Virus record (IMG/VR): IMGVR_UViG_3300017727_001923
Coordinates: 33,406 to 97,405 of that record
Length of the DNA: 64,000 nucleotides
Source: a virus
Strand: one strand, 5' to 3'
The position numbers were made by a program, and so were the translations under genes. The notes under the pieces were generated by a model. It was not told where the DNA came from. It searched no databases and saw only the letters and a list, made by a program, of their open reading frames with translations. Positions 54,684 through 62,772 of this stretch are shown here, in pieces; the first letter of the stretch is position 1, and each line of letters starts with the position of its first letter.

Positions 54684-55334
54684 ATGGTTAAGAAACTAAC
54701 AGCAGCACAAAAAGCGAAGAAGACTAGGGAAGCGAATAAGAAACGTGCCTTAGAGGAACTCGGTTACGAACGTAAGAAAGTCAAACGCACACGCAAACCT
54801 ATGACTGAAGAACAAAGGGAAGCAGCGATTGAACGTCTTGCAAAAGCACGTGCAGCTAGAGGTGCAGATGGTAGTAAGTCTGTCCACAAGGACATTCGAG
54901 ATTTACCTGAAGACCATTTCTTGCATTGGAAGAAAGTCAAAGAGTGGTTGAAGTGTAATCAAGACCAACTAAAGGGAATGAGAAGTTATAAGAATTCTAA
55001 GAATGCGAAAGAACGTTCTGAATATATAGACTTAAACACTTACATAACCAACATGAAGAGATATCTGTCTCAAGGTGTTTGGTTAGATTTTCGTTATGGT
55101 GAACAACGTGAGGGACGTATCCAGAAGGTGTGTGTCGCAATGGCATACTATCCTGATGGTACTCCCAAACGTCAATACAATTGTTGGTATCCTGATATCG
55201 CACAAGTCTGGACTCGTGAACTTGAAGAAGAGTTCGCAAAGGATTCAGACTATGCTAATCAATTTAAATTGGAAAAACCTCCAGTTCCAGAAGTTATAAA
55301 TAATGAGGAAGAGGATATAGAAGATGAAAGTTGA
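54684..55334 (+). CDS. hypothetical protein
   Basis: 216 aa, basic N-terminus, upstream of gene 33. Confidence 0.75.
   Translation: MVKKLTAAQKAKKTREANKKRALEELGYERKKVKRTRKPMTEEQREAAIERLAKARAARGADGSKSVHKDIRDLPEDHFLHWKKVKEWLKCNQDQLKGMRSYKNSKNAKERSEYIDLNTYITNMKRYLSQGVWLDFRYGEQREGRIQKVCVAMAYYPDGTPKRQYNCWYPDIAQVWTRELEEEFAKDSDYANQFKLEKPPVPEVINNEEEDIEDES
55295..55302 (+). promoter_or_regulatory. T4-type late promoter upstream of gene 33
   Basis: TATAAATA 22 nt before ATG55324. Confidence 0.6.
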
Positions 55335-55599
55335 TATGATTATGGGTGGAGTAGATTCCTCGGAAGAAGAATCTAACTTCATGAACAAGAAGAAATTTAC
55401 ACGTATGGTTGAAGACTGTGTGAGAACAAAGTCTATGTCATACATGGATACGGTTGTTTATCTGTGTGAACAGAACAACTTAGAGATTGAGGATGTCAAG
55501 AAATATATTTCGACATCTGTCAAAGAGAAGATTGAGTTTGAAGCAATGAAGCTTAACTTTCTCGAAAAGGGTGGTGACCTTTCCCTAAATAAAGGTTGA
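55324..55599 (+). CDS. gp33: late transcription co-activator gp33
   Basis: F...VE.......SYMD.V..LCE...I.IE.VKKYIS..VKEKIE.EA..LNFL; adjacent to gene 32. Confidence 0.88.
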   Translation: MKVDMIMGGVDSSEEESNFMNKKKFTRMVEDCVRTKSMSYMDTVVYLCEQNNLEIEDVKKYISTSVKEKIEFEAMKLNFLEKGGDLSLNKG

Positions 55600-55624
55600 C
55601 ATTACTTGATTGTAGTGTTATAAT
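55596..55624 (+). promoter_or_regulatory. sigma70 promoter for gene 32
   Basis: TTGACA-17-TATAAT. Confidence 0.85.
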
Positions 55625-55687
55625 ACGAAACTATATTATGAATAAAGTGGATAAACTAAAATACGCAAATATACGGAGAATATAAAT

Positions 55688-56605
55688 ATGTCTTTTGCAA
55701 ACTTAAAAACCAATCGTACCGATGTGTCCAAACTGGCATCTGCCGCACAGGAAATGTCTGGTACAAAACAAACTAACAAATACGAAGATACTCGTTTCTG
55801 GAAACCAACTGTTGATGACAGTGGTAACGGATATGCAGTTGTTCGTTTTCTTCCTGCCGCAGAAGGGTCAGAATTACCATGGGTAAGATACTTTGACCAT
55901 TTCTTTAAAGGGCCAACAGGTCAATGGTACGTTGAGAAGTCTCTGACTACTCTAGGTAACAATGACCCAGTGAGTGAATATAACTCACGTCTTTGGAACA
56001 CAGGTATCGATGAAGACAAAGAAACTGCACGTAGACAGAAGCGTAGACTTCACTATGTTGCAAACATCTTAGTTGTTAGTGACCCATCTAATCCTACTAA
56101 CGAAGGTAAAGTATTCCTTTATGACTTCGGTAAGAAAATCTTTGATAAGGTTATGGATAAGATGCAACCTGAATTTCCTGGCGAAGAACCAATCAATCCA
56201 TTTGACTTTTGGACTGGTGCGGATTTTCAACTGAAGATTCGTAATGTTGCGGGTTACAGAAACTATGATAAATCGGAGTTCAAAGTCGCTTCTGCATTGT
56301 TTGAAGGTGACGAAACTAAACTCGAAGCAACATACAATCAGTTACATGATTCAAGTGAGTTTGCTGATACTGGTTCATACAAATCTTATGACGAACTGAA
56401 AAGTCGTTTAGAGGTTGTACTGGGTCAATCAACTGGGTCGGGTTCAACGGTAAAGAATGATTCTTTAACACAGACTGCGGAAGTAGTTGCTGCTAAAGAA
56501 AAAGAACCACAAGTTCTTGCATCTGCACCAGAACCTAATATCACAGCATCGACTGACGAAGATGATACTTTATCATACTTCGCAAAGTTAGCTGCTGAAG
56601 ACTAA
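55688..56605 (+). CDS. gp32: single-stranded DNA-binding protein gp32
   Basis: MSFANLK, DTRFWKP..D..GNGYAVVRFLP, KIFDK, PFDFW.GADF.LK, acidic DDTLSYFAKLA tail. Confidence 0.96.
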   Translation: MSFANLKTNRTDVSKLASAAQEMSGTKQTNKYEDTRFWKPTVDDSGNGYAVVRFLPAAEGSELPWVRYFDHFFKGPTGQWYVEKSLTTLGNNDPVSEYNSRLWNTGIDEDKETARRQKRRLHYVANILVVSDPSNPTNEGKVFLYDFGKKIFDKVMDKMQPEFPGEEPINPFDFWTGADFQLKIRNVAGYRNYDKSEFKVASALFEGDETKLEATYNQLHDSSEFADTGSYKSYDELKSRLEVVLGQSTGSGSTVKNDSLTQTAEVVAAKEKEPQVLASAPEPNITASTDEDDTLSYFAKLAAED

Positions 56606-56628
56606 ACGTTTACTAGTAACGTTGGAAG

Positions 56629-56654
56629 GGGAGACTTCGGTCTCCCTTTTTTTT
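56629..56654 (+). terminator. Rho-independent terminator after gene 32
   Basis: GGGAGAC-TTCG-GTCTCCC followed by T8 (cUUCGg loop). Confidence 0.9.
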
Positions 56655-56666
56655 ACAGGAAAAATA

Positions 56667-58142
56667 ATGAAAAAAATAATATTAATATTAGCGTTGATGT
56701 CATTTAACGTTAATGCAAATGAAATCGAAGAAGTTGTTGTAGTAGGTGCAAAAATATACCAAGGTGTTGCAGACCCTACCTCAGACAACATATTAACAAC
56801 AATCGAACCTACCAAACCATTCGTCCTTGGGGCATTTAATGGTCTTCAATTGTCTGGAACAGATACAAAACATACTGGTGTTTTTAAGAACGGTATCCCA
56901 GTAAATGACCCTAGTTCTGGATGGTATGACTTTGGTCAAGACCTATCAACTAATCAAAGGGTTACAATTATATCTGGTGCAAACAGTGTTAGATATGGTA
57001 GTGGTTCAATGGCAGGAGTTGTTCTATTAGAGGATGACTTTGGAAAAGGATTCTATACCACAGTATCGACAGATAAAACTAAGATGATGGTAGAGCATGA
57101 ATTCTTTCAAATCGCAACTTATCGTGGAACATCTGGTTCAGTTAAGACAGACAACGATGAAGTCGATTGGTATGAAAACAAGACATTTAAATTAGGACAT
57201 GATATCTACAATCTAGAAGTTGTAGACTACTCGTATGATTATGACGGTTGTTATAATGAATACTTTGTATTGACTGACGATTGTAATGTTGAAGGTCAGA
57301 AGATTAATGTTTCAATTGACCATGATAGATTTACTCTAGGTCATACTACAAATGAATCAATCTATAATACTGGAACTGTAATTGAGTCCGATAGAACTTA
57401 TGGTGATATCCTTTTATATGATGACAATGGTCATGAACTAGGTGTCACTGCACAGAAAGAAACTTACGGTGAGAGAAAAAGATATACAAACGCTGCTTAC
57501 TATATTTGGTCTAATGACAATGTAAGTCTTGGATATAGGTATGAAGAAGGTGAACGTATTGTAAGACTAGGATTAGAAAACAATGGATATAGATTCTCTA
57601 TGGGTAATAGTTATCGACTACCTAATCTATACGAACAGTTTGGTGATTCTTGGGTATCAGCAAATCCTAACTTGTTACCAGAACAAGGACGTGGAACTGA
57701 ATTAGGATACAAAGGATTATCTCTGTATTACTATAAGTTTGATGAAGGAATAGATTTTGATATGAATGCTTATTCTTATATCAACACTGGTGAATATAGG
57801 TCTAGAGGTATTAGATTAGAAAAGAACATTGGTAAGGTATTTGTATATGGTGAGATTACAGATTCAGATAAACTAAGAGTTCCAAACTATAGAACAAAGA
57901 TTGCATATACAGACTATGGATTTACTATTGAGTATCTAGGAGAGTTTGATAAAGGTGTTGACTTTGATGGTAGACTAATTGACGATGTCAGTACATTTAA
58001 TATCAGTTATAGTTTCACTAATGGTGCAATAGGTACTTACAAACTTGAGATAGAAGACGCATTAGATAACTCGTATGAGTATATTCCAGACTATGCGGCT
58101 GGTGGACGTATCTTTAGACTTAGTTGGAATCTTTTATGGTAA
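56667..58142 (+). CDS. TonB-dependent outer-membrane receptor (BtuB-like)
   Basis: Signal peptide MKKIILILALMSFNVNA; TonB-box-like EEVVVVG; plug NGIPVND...SGANSVRYGSGSMAGVV; GNSYRLPNL..NPNLLPE; C-terminal GRIFRLSWNLLW. Confidence 0.88.
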   Translation: MKKIILILALMSFNVNANEIEEVVVVGAKIYQGVADPTSDNILTTIEPTKPFVLGAFNGLQLSGTDTKHTGVFKNGIPVNDPSSGWYDFGQDLSTNQRVTIISGANSVRYGSGSMAGVVLLEDDFGKGFYTTVSTDKTKMMVEHEFFQIATYRGTSGSVKTDNDEVDWYENKTFKLGHDIYNLEVVDYSYDYDGCYNEYFVLTDDCNVEGQKINVSIDHDRFTLGHTTNESIYNTGTVIESDRTYGDILLYDDNGHELGVTAQKETYGERKRYTNAAYYIWSNDNVSLGYRYEEGERIVRLGLENNGYRFSMGNSYRLPNLYEQFGDSWVSANPNLLPEQGRGTELGYKGLSLYYYKFDEGIDFDMNAYSYINTGEYRSRGIRLEKNIGKVFVYGEITDSDKLRVPNYRTKIAYTDYGFTIEYLGEFDKGVDFDGRLIDDVSTFNISYSFTNGAIGTYKLEIEDALDNSYEYIPDYAAGGRIFRLSWNLLW

Positions 58143-58463
58143 AGGGTCAAATCCTATAGAAGTCCCACATCCACAGGATGATACTTCTCTAGGGTTTGTT
58201 ATCTTGAAATACTCGTTAAGACCTTGCTTAGTCCAATCTAAAGTAGATTCTTCTAAGTAAGGTAATGACATCTCATCAATAACTATAGTAAACTTACCAT
58301 AGTCAAAAGCAATATCATCGTCTTTAGACTCATCCGCATACTCAATAACATATTCAAAACCAACACATCCCCCTGAAGTAACACCAAGACGTATCATCTT
58401 CATATGTCTGTCTTCAGTTCTCTGAATACATTTCTGTACAGCAGCGTCAGTCAATTCAATCAC
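58134..58463 (-). CDS. iscA: A-type Fe-S carrier (IscA/HesB)
   Basis: IRLGVTSGGCVGFEY, LDW..QGL...F..NP....CGCGTS. Confidence 0.92.
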   Translation of the reverse strand: MIELTDAAVQKCIQRTEDRHMKMIRLGVTSGGCVGFEYVIEYADESKDDDIAFDYGKFTIVIDEMSLPYLEESTLDWTKQGLNEYFKITNPREVSSCGCGTSIGFDPLP

Positions 58464-58882
58464 GGAAACATTGCCCGTTCGAATTTATTATTTTTCTGTT
58501 CCCAATCTTCTACTGCTTTTTTTATAGAGTCTTCTGCGAGGACTGAACAGTGGAGTTTGATTGGAGGTAAGTCAAGAGCATCTGCAATTTCTTTATCTTT
58601 AATCTGTTTTGCTTCGTCAATTGTTTTGCCTTTAAGTAAGTCAACGAACATTGAACTTGATGCAATCGCACTTCCGCATCCATAGGTTTTGAATTTGACA
58701 TCTACTATCATCTCGTTTTCGTCTAGTTTCAATTGCAGTTTCATAACGTCTCCACATGCGGGAGCGCCTGCCATTCCTGTTGCAATGTCTGGGTCATTAG
58801 GGTCAAATCTACCAACACTAAATTGTTCTGGTGCATTTAATACACCCTCGAATCTGTCTATTACTTTTTGTGAGTATGCCAT
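58460..58882 (-). CDS. iscU: Fe-S cluster scaffold IscU
   Basis: GAPACGDVMKLQL, KFKTYGCGSAIASSS, LPPIKLHCSVLAED. Confidence 0.96.
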   Translation of the reverse strand: MAYSQKVIDRFEGVLNAPEQFSVGRFDPNDPDIATGMAGAPACGDVMKLQLKLDENEMIVDVKFKTYGCGSAIASSSMFVDLLKGKTIDEAKQIKDKEIADALDLPPIKLHCSVLAEDSIKKAVEDWEQKNNKFERAMFP

Positions 58883-60564
58883 TATGCAACCCTGTCTAAG
58901 TCATCTGTAGCGGGTGAAGCGTCACCATATACTGCTTGACTACTTGAGTTGGTTGTGTTAGTTGTTGTTGATGGTGCAATCACTGTATTACCCGCAGATT
59001 GTTTTGCCTGTAATTCATCTAGTTTTGCTTGCAATTTCATTATACGTTCTTCCGTATACATTGCACCTTTACTACCACCCTTACCTTGTTCATTATACTT
59101 AACCATACGTTCTTGATTAAGTTTTAGGTGTCTCTTGTAACGTTCTTCTTCTGCCGCCATCATATCTTGTTCAGACTTAGGGGCTCTTTTTGTTTCTGTA
59201 TAATTGAATCCGTCTTCGTCTGTACCTCGAACTTCATGGAAATCATCGTCTTGTGGTGGTGTAACAACTTGTTTTTCTACTTTAGGAACTACTTTACCTT
59301 CTTTAATTTCTTTTACTTCTGGTTCTTCGTCACCACCAAATCCAAAGAATCCTGCTATTGAACTACCAATAGCTTTAAACTTCTGTTTGACAAATCCAGT
59401 AATACCACTAAAGATACTTTTGATACCCTCTATCAAATCTGACGCTAGGGTTGAGAACATGTTACCGTCTTTACCATCAAACAGAGACATGACTGCTCTG
59501 AATGGGAACATCAATCCATCAAAAATCATATCTTGGAATGAAAACTCAGCAAGTTTTTCTTTGAAGGAGTCGAATCCAAATAGACCCGCAACAAAACCAA
59601 TTACCATTTTACCAAGGTCAAGTAAACCACCAATAAAACCAGATGTAATTCCCGCAAAGAAACCACTAATAGCGGCACTAATTTTTGCAAAGATTCCACC
59701 CTCAGTATCAGTGAACGCTTTGAATGAACCAATAAACCCATCAATGATACTAATGATTGCAACTGTAATCGGCCCACCTAAGAACTTACCTATTCTTTTG
59801 AACACATTAAAGAATGGTTTAACGACTTCACCAAGTCGAGCAAAGATACTTCCCCCTTCAGATGCACCTTTTGTAATTGTTTTAAATGTCTCTCCCAGTT
59901 TAGAAAAATTCTTGAGTTGATTCCTTATGACATCTGAACTTAGAAAAAACGCTTTTATATTTCTACCGATAGATTTAAAAAAGTCACCTATCTTACCAAA
60001 GAACTCAAAGAACTTAGTTGAACCAGAACGAACACTAGCAATAACACTCTTAAACCTTTTTGCAATACTTTCTAGAGTTGTGGTAAATCTACCAAACACT
60101 TTAAAGGTATCACCTTTTAAGATTTGTCCTGTTCCAGCTTTACGGAAGATATCTCCTAGTGCATCAAATAACATTGTAATTGGTTTGATTACTCTGTTAC
60201 TAAAGGCAGTTTTTATAAACTTTGGAGTTATTAATTTGAAAGAGTCTTTGATACCATCAAGAAAACCAACAACAAGTCCCGTAAGTGCCGCACCAATAGC
60301 ACCAATTACTCCAAGGAAACCCATCCCCTTTGCATCACCTACCATCTGTCCAAATCTAGGTTGGTCGCCACCACTCTTTTCTTTCTTCTTTTCACGTTCC
60401 TTTTCAAGATTGTCGCCTGCCTGATTTGCCATAGATTTAAAGTATTGTGCAAAAGATTTATTCAGACTAGCAAGTTCGCTAATCTGTTTCTCGTCTCTTT
60501 TTTCACTTTTAATACCTTCAATCTGAACTGCTTCAGTGAGGTGTGATATGGTTAATTCTGCCAT
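58882..60564 (-). CDS. gp29: baseplate hub / tape-measure-like protein (gp29-like)
   Basis: 560 aa helical G/F/A/I-rich amphipathic repeats, T/S/N-rich C-terminus; position after gp26/gp51. Confidence 0.7.
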   Translation of the reverse strand: MAELTISHLTEAVQIEGIKSEKRDEKQISELASLNKSFAQYFKSMANQAGDNLEKEREKKKEKSGGDQPRFGQMVGDAKGMGFLGVIGAIGAALTGLVVGFLDGIKDSFKLITPKFIKTAFSNRVIKPITMLFDALGDIFRKAGTGQILKGDTFKVFGRFTTTLESIAKRFKSVIASVRSGSTKFFEFFGKIGDFFKSIGRNIKAFFLSSDVIRNQLKNFSKLGETFKTITKGASEGGSIFARLGEVVKPFFNVFKRIGKFLGGPITVAIISIIDGFIGSFKAFTDTEGGIFAKISAAISGFFAGITSGFIGGLLDLGKMVIGFVAGLFGFDSFKEKLAEFSFQDMIFDGLMFPFRAVMSLFDGKDGNMFSTLASDLIEGIKSIFSGITGFVKQKFKAIGSSIAGFFGFGGDEEPEVKEIKEGKVVPKVEKQVVTPPQDDDFHEVRGTDEDGFNYTETKRAPKSEQDMMAAEEERYKRHLKLNQERMVKYNEQGKGGSKGAMYTEERIMKLQAKLDELQAKQSAGNTVIAPSTTTNTTNSSSQAVYGDASPATDDLDRVA

Positions 60565-60568
60565 TGTC

Positions 60569-60760
60569 TTATCCGTTTTGGTTTTTCATTCGTTCTTCTT
60601 GTTCTTTAAGATATTCCTCTAGTAATACTAGGTAAATCTCCCTCTCCCATGGCATCATATGTTCTATGTCATACAATGAATAATTAAAGTGTTGCATTAA
60701 CGCAAAGTTGGTCTTAAAATGATTGACCAAATTATCATGCGAGAGGCATATTAAAAAAAA
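60569..60760 (-). CDS. gp51: gp51-like baseplate hub/tail assembly chaperone; no good own start, probable -1 frameshift extension of gp26 (not in ORF track)
   Basis: Own translation: FFLICLSHDNLVNHFKTNFALMQHFNYSLYDIEHMMPWEREIYLVLLEEYLKEQEERMKNQNG*. Confidence 0.85.
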   Translation of the reverse strand, partial: FFLICLSHDNLVNHFKTNFALMQHFNYSLYDIEHMMPWEREIYLVLLEEYLKEQEERMKNQNG

Positions 60761-61470
60761 TCTTGAAGACCCTCCAGAGTCACTTTATTCTCGTGACCAC
60801 ATGTACATTTAAACTCTACTTCTTTTTTCATGACTGGTACAGTTTTTAGGTATTCACCAACCTTTGTAAACTGTATGTTTGTCATTGAATCTATAAATTC
60901 ATTCAGTTCTTTTTTACTTACGTCTGATACAAGATGATGTTCGTCTTCTGTCATGATTGCAACCATACAGTCTTCTAACATCATGAATCCAAACTCCGCT
61001 TCAGAAACACCTTCACGGAAGTTCTTTACGAATCCATCATAAGTAGGATATCTTAGTTCAATAGAGATATCATCTGTAATCTCAACCACATTGTTTGCAT
61101 CTGATTTTGTAACTTCAAGAGACGATAAGTCAATATCAACCTCTGTCCTTAACTCACATTCTTCAGCCTCACATTTAAAGTGTAAGGTTGATGTCTCACC
61201 AACCGACTTACTACGAATCTGAGTGAACATGTATTCAACATCGAACGTTGCAAGGTCACTTGTTTTAATATCTTCATTCACACATGCGACAACGGTATCG
61301 ACCATTGCCCTCATTGCCTGTTTCTGGTCTTGCGACTCAAAAGCAGAGAGAAGAAGTTTCTCTTCTTTGACCAAATATGGTCTATATGTGACAACCTTTT
61401 CAGATGATGGGATTACCATCTCATACTTTAGATTATCATTTAACTTAGGTAGTGCCATTATATTCTCCAA
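60751..61470 (-). CDS. gp26: baseplate hub assembly chaperone gp26
   Basis: MALPKL, YRPYLVKEEKLLL, FDVEYMF..IRSKSVGE, LRYP, C..C/CTCG, LEGLQDFF. Confidence 0.9.
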   Translation of the reverse strand: MENIMALPKLNDNLKYEMVIPSSEKVVTYRPYLVKEEKLLLSAFESQDQKQAMRAMVDTVVACVNEDIKTSDLATFDVEYMFTQIRSKSVGETSTLHFKCEAEECELRTEVDIDLSSLEVTKSDANNVVEITDDISIELRYPTYDGFVKNFREGVSEAEFGFMMLEDCMVAIMTEDEHHLVSDVSKKELNEFIDSMTNIQFTKVGEYLKTVPVMKKEVEFKCTCGHENKVTLEGLQDFF

Positions 61471-61473
61471 ATA

Positions 61474-62175
61474 TTATAAAAATTTCCTAATCAGTTCACC
61501 CGCAAGTCCTTCGACAAAATCGTTTCCTACACGGTCACCCTTTTTTGACTTCCAATTCTTATATGACAGTTGTACCGTCACTTCAAGTAATTGTCCGTCA
61601 TCACTCAACTCAATTGCATTCAATGTTGTTGGGTATGCTTTATCTAGGAGTAACGTATATGTGATATCGTCACCGAACACCGCATTTAAATCAAACTCAC
61701 CTTGTGCGAGGTCTAACGGGCCTAGTCTTGGTAATCTTCCTCTAATTGCAGAAGGAATTTTACCAGAGTCAAATAGTTTCTTTTTCTTTATAGGGAAAGA
61801 AATACCCTTTTTAATATGTTGAATAATAACAGGATGTGTGTAATCGTTGTAATATCCAACTTCTTTTGTTTCTGCATTTACTGCTTGTTCTTGCCACAGT
61901 TCAAAGTATTCTCTGATACCCATATCATTCAAACAATGGAACGTGAGTGTTACGTCATCTACTGCATAACCATATGCAACTTTAGTAACATCAATACCCA
62001 TTGGTCTTTCTGTAGAAAGAATTTGTCTGCCAGGCAATGACGCTGCTTTACATAACAAGTTTAAGTTACGTGCGTCACCTTTGATAGGTGGTAAGAAAAT
62101 CTTATATAGACTTCCTAATGCGATTCCCCCGCCAGCACCTACAGATGATTTAAAATCGTCAATACGAATACTCAT
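61474..62175 (-). CDS. gp54: baseplate-tail tube initiator (gp54-like, tail-tube fold)
   Basis: LLCKAASLPGRQI, YGYAVDDVTLTF, YFELWQE, AYPTTL..IEL. Confidence 0.75.
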   Translation of the reverse strand: MSIRIDDFKSSVGAGGGIALGSLYKIFLPPIKGDARNLNLLCKAASLPGRQILSTERPMGIDVTKVAYGYAVDDVTLTFHCLNDMGIREYFELWQEQAVNAETKEVGYYNDYTHPVIIQHIKKGISFPIKKKKLFDSGKIPSAIRGRLPRLGPLDLAQGEFDLNAVFGDDITYTLLLDKAYPTTLNAIELSDDGQLLEVTVQLSYKNWKSKKGDRVGNDFVEGLAGELIRKFL

Positions 62176-62768
62176 TAGTCTTTACCTATTGCCTGTCTTG
62201 AATCATAGAATACTTTCTGTGAGTTCGATTTACGGAACTGTGCAGTCGGTAAGAATGTTGCAATCTCCCACTCTGGAGCAGGAACTTCTGCAAACTTACT
62301 CTTGACATGTGAATTCAAGTAGTGTTTAAAACATGGTTTGTAGTATCGCAACTTTGCAATACCCTGTAATCTCTTGTAAGTAATATTAAACTTTGCATCG
62401 TCAGAGTTCTTACTGGACGCAACTTCCATCAATGCATCCAACATTTTTGCACGAAGGATAGGTGGAAGATAATGAAGGTTGATTCCATAGAATCCACCCT
62501 CTGCTGGCCCGACTACAATAATCAATGGGAATGCATCATAGTATGGAAGTTTATCTTTAGTCTTTGGGTCATAGAAAAACATCTGCATAGAACCAATAAT
62601 ACCACGATTCGCTCTTTGTTTTATCTGGTCTTCTTTCATCAATGCTTCACGATTGATAGACCGCATGTTAGATGCTTTCTTTCTGAACCATTCACGGGAT
62701 TCTTTGGTACGGGGAGTAACTCCCGCACGGAATGCCTGTAATTCTAGTCTGTTGAATATATTACTCAT
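62175..62768 (-). CDS. gp2: DNA end protector protein gp2
   Basis: FFYDPK.K.KLPYYD.FPL, GINLHYLPP, CFKHYL.SHVKS. Confidence 0.9.
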   Translation of the reverse strand: MSNIFNRLELQAFRAGVTPRTKESREWFRKKASNMRSINREALMKEDQIKQRANRGIIGSMQMFFYDPKTKDKLPYYDAFPLIIVVGPAEGGFYGINLHYLPPILRAKMLDALMEVASSKNSDDAKFNITYKRLQGIAKLRYYKPCFKHYLNSHVKSKFAEVPAPEWEIATFLPTAQFRKSNSQKVFYDSRQAIGKD

Positions 62769-62772
62769 AGTT

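Noticed and set aside
55681-55688. TATAAATA just before gene 32
   Set aside because: Overlaps the start codon itself, so it cannot drive this gene; a sigma70 promoter and a GGAG SD already explain expression.
56605-56623. AACGTT-TACTAGT-AACGTT near-palindrome after gene 32
   Set aside because: AT-rich, imperfect, and adjacent to a much stronger terminator; no independent function supportable.
59204-60424. Long + strand ORFs (238 aa and 165 aa) opposite gp29
   Set aside because: Antisense shadows of the repetitive tape-measure-like gene; no RBS, P/I/S-rich mirror composition.
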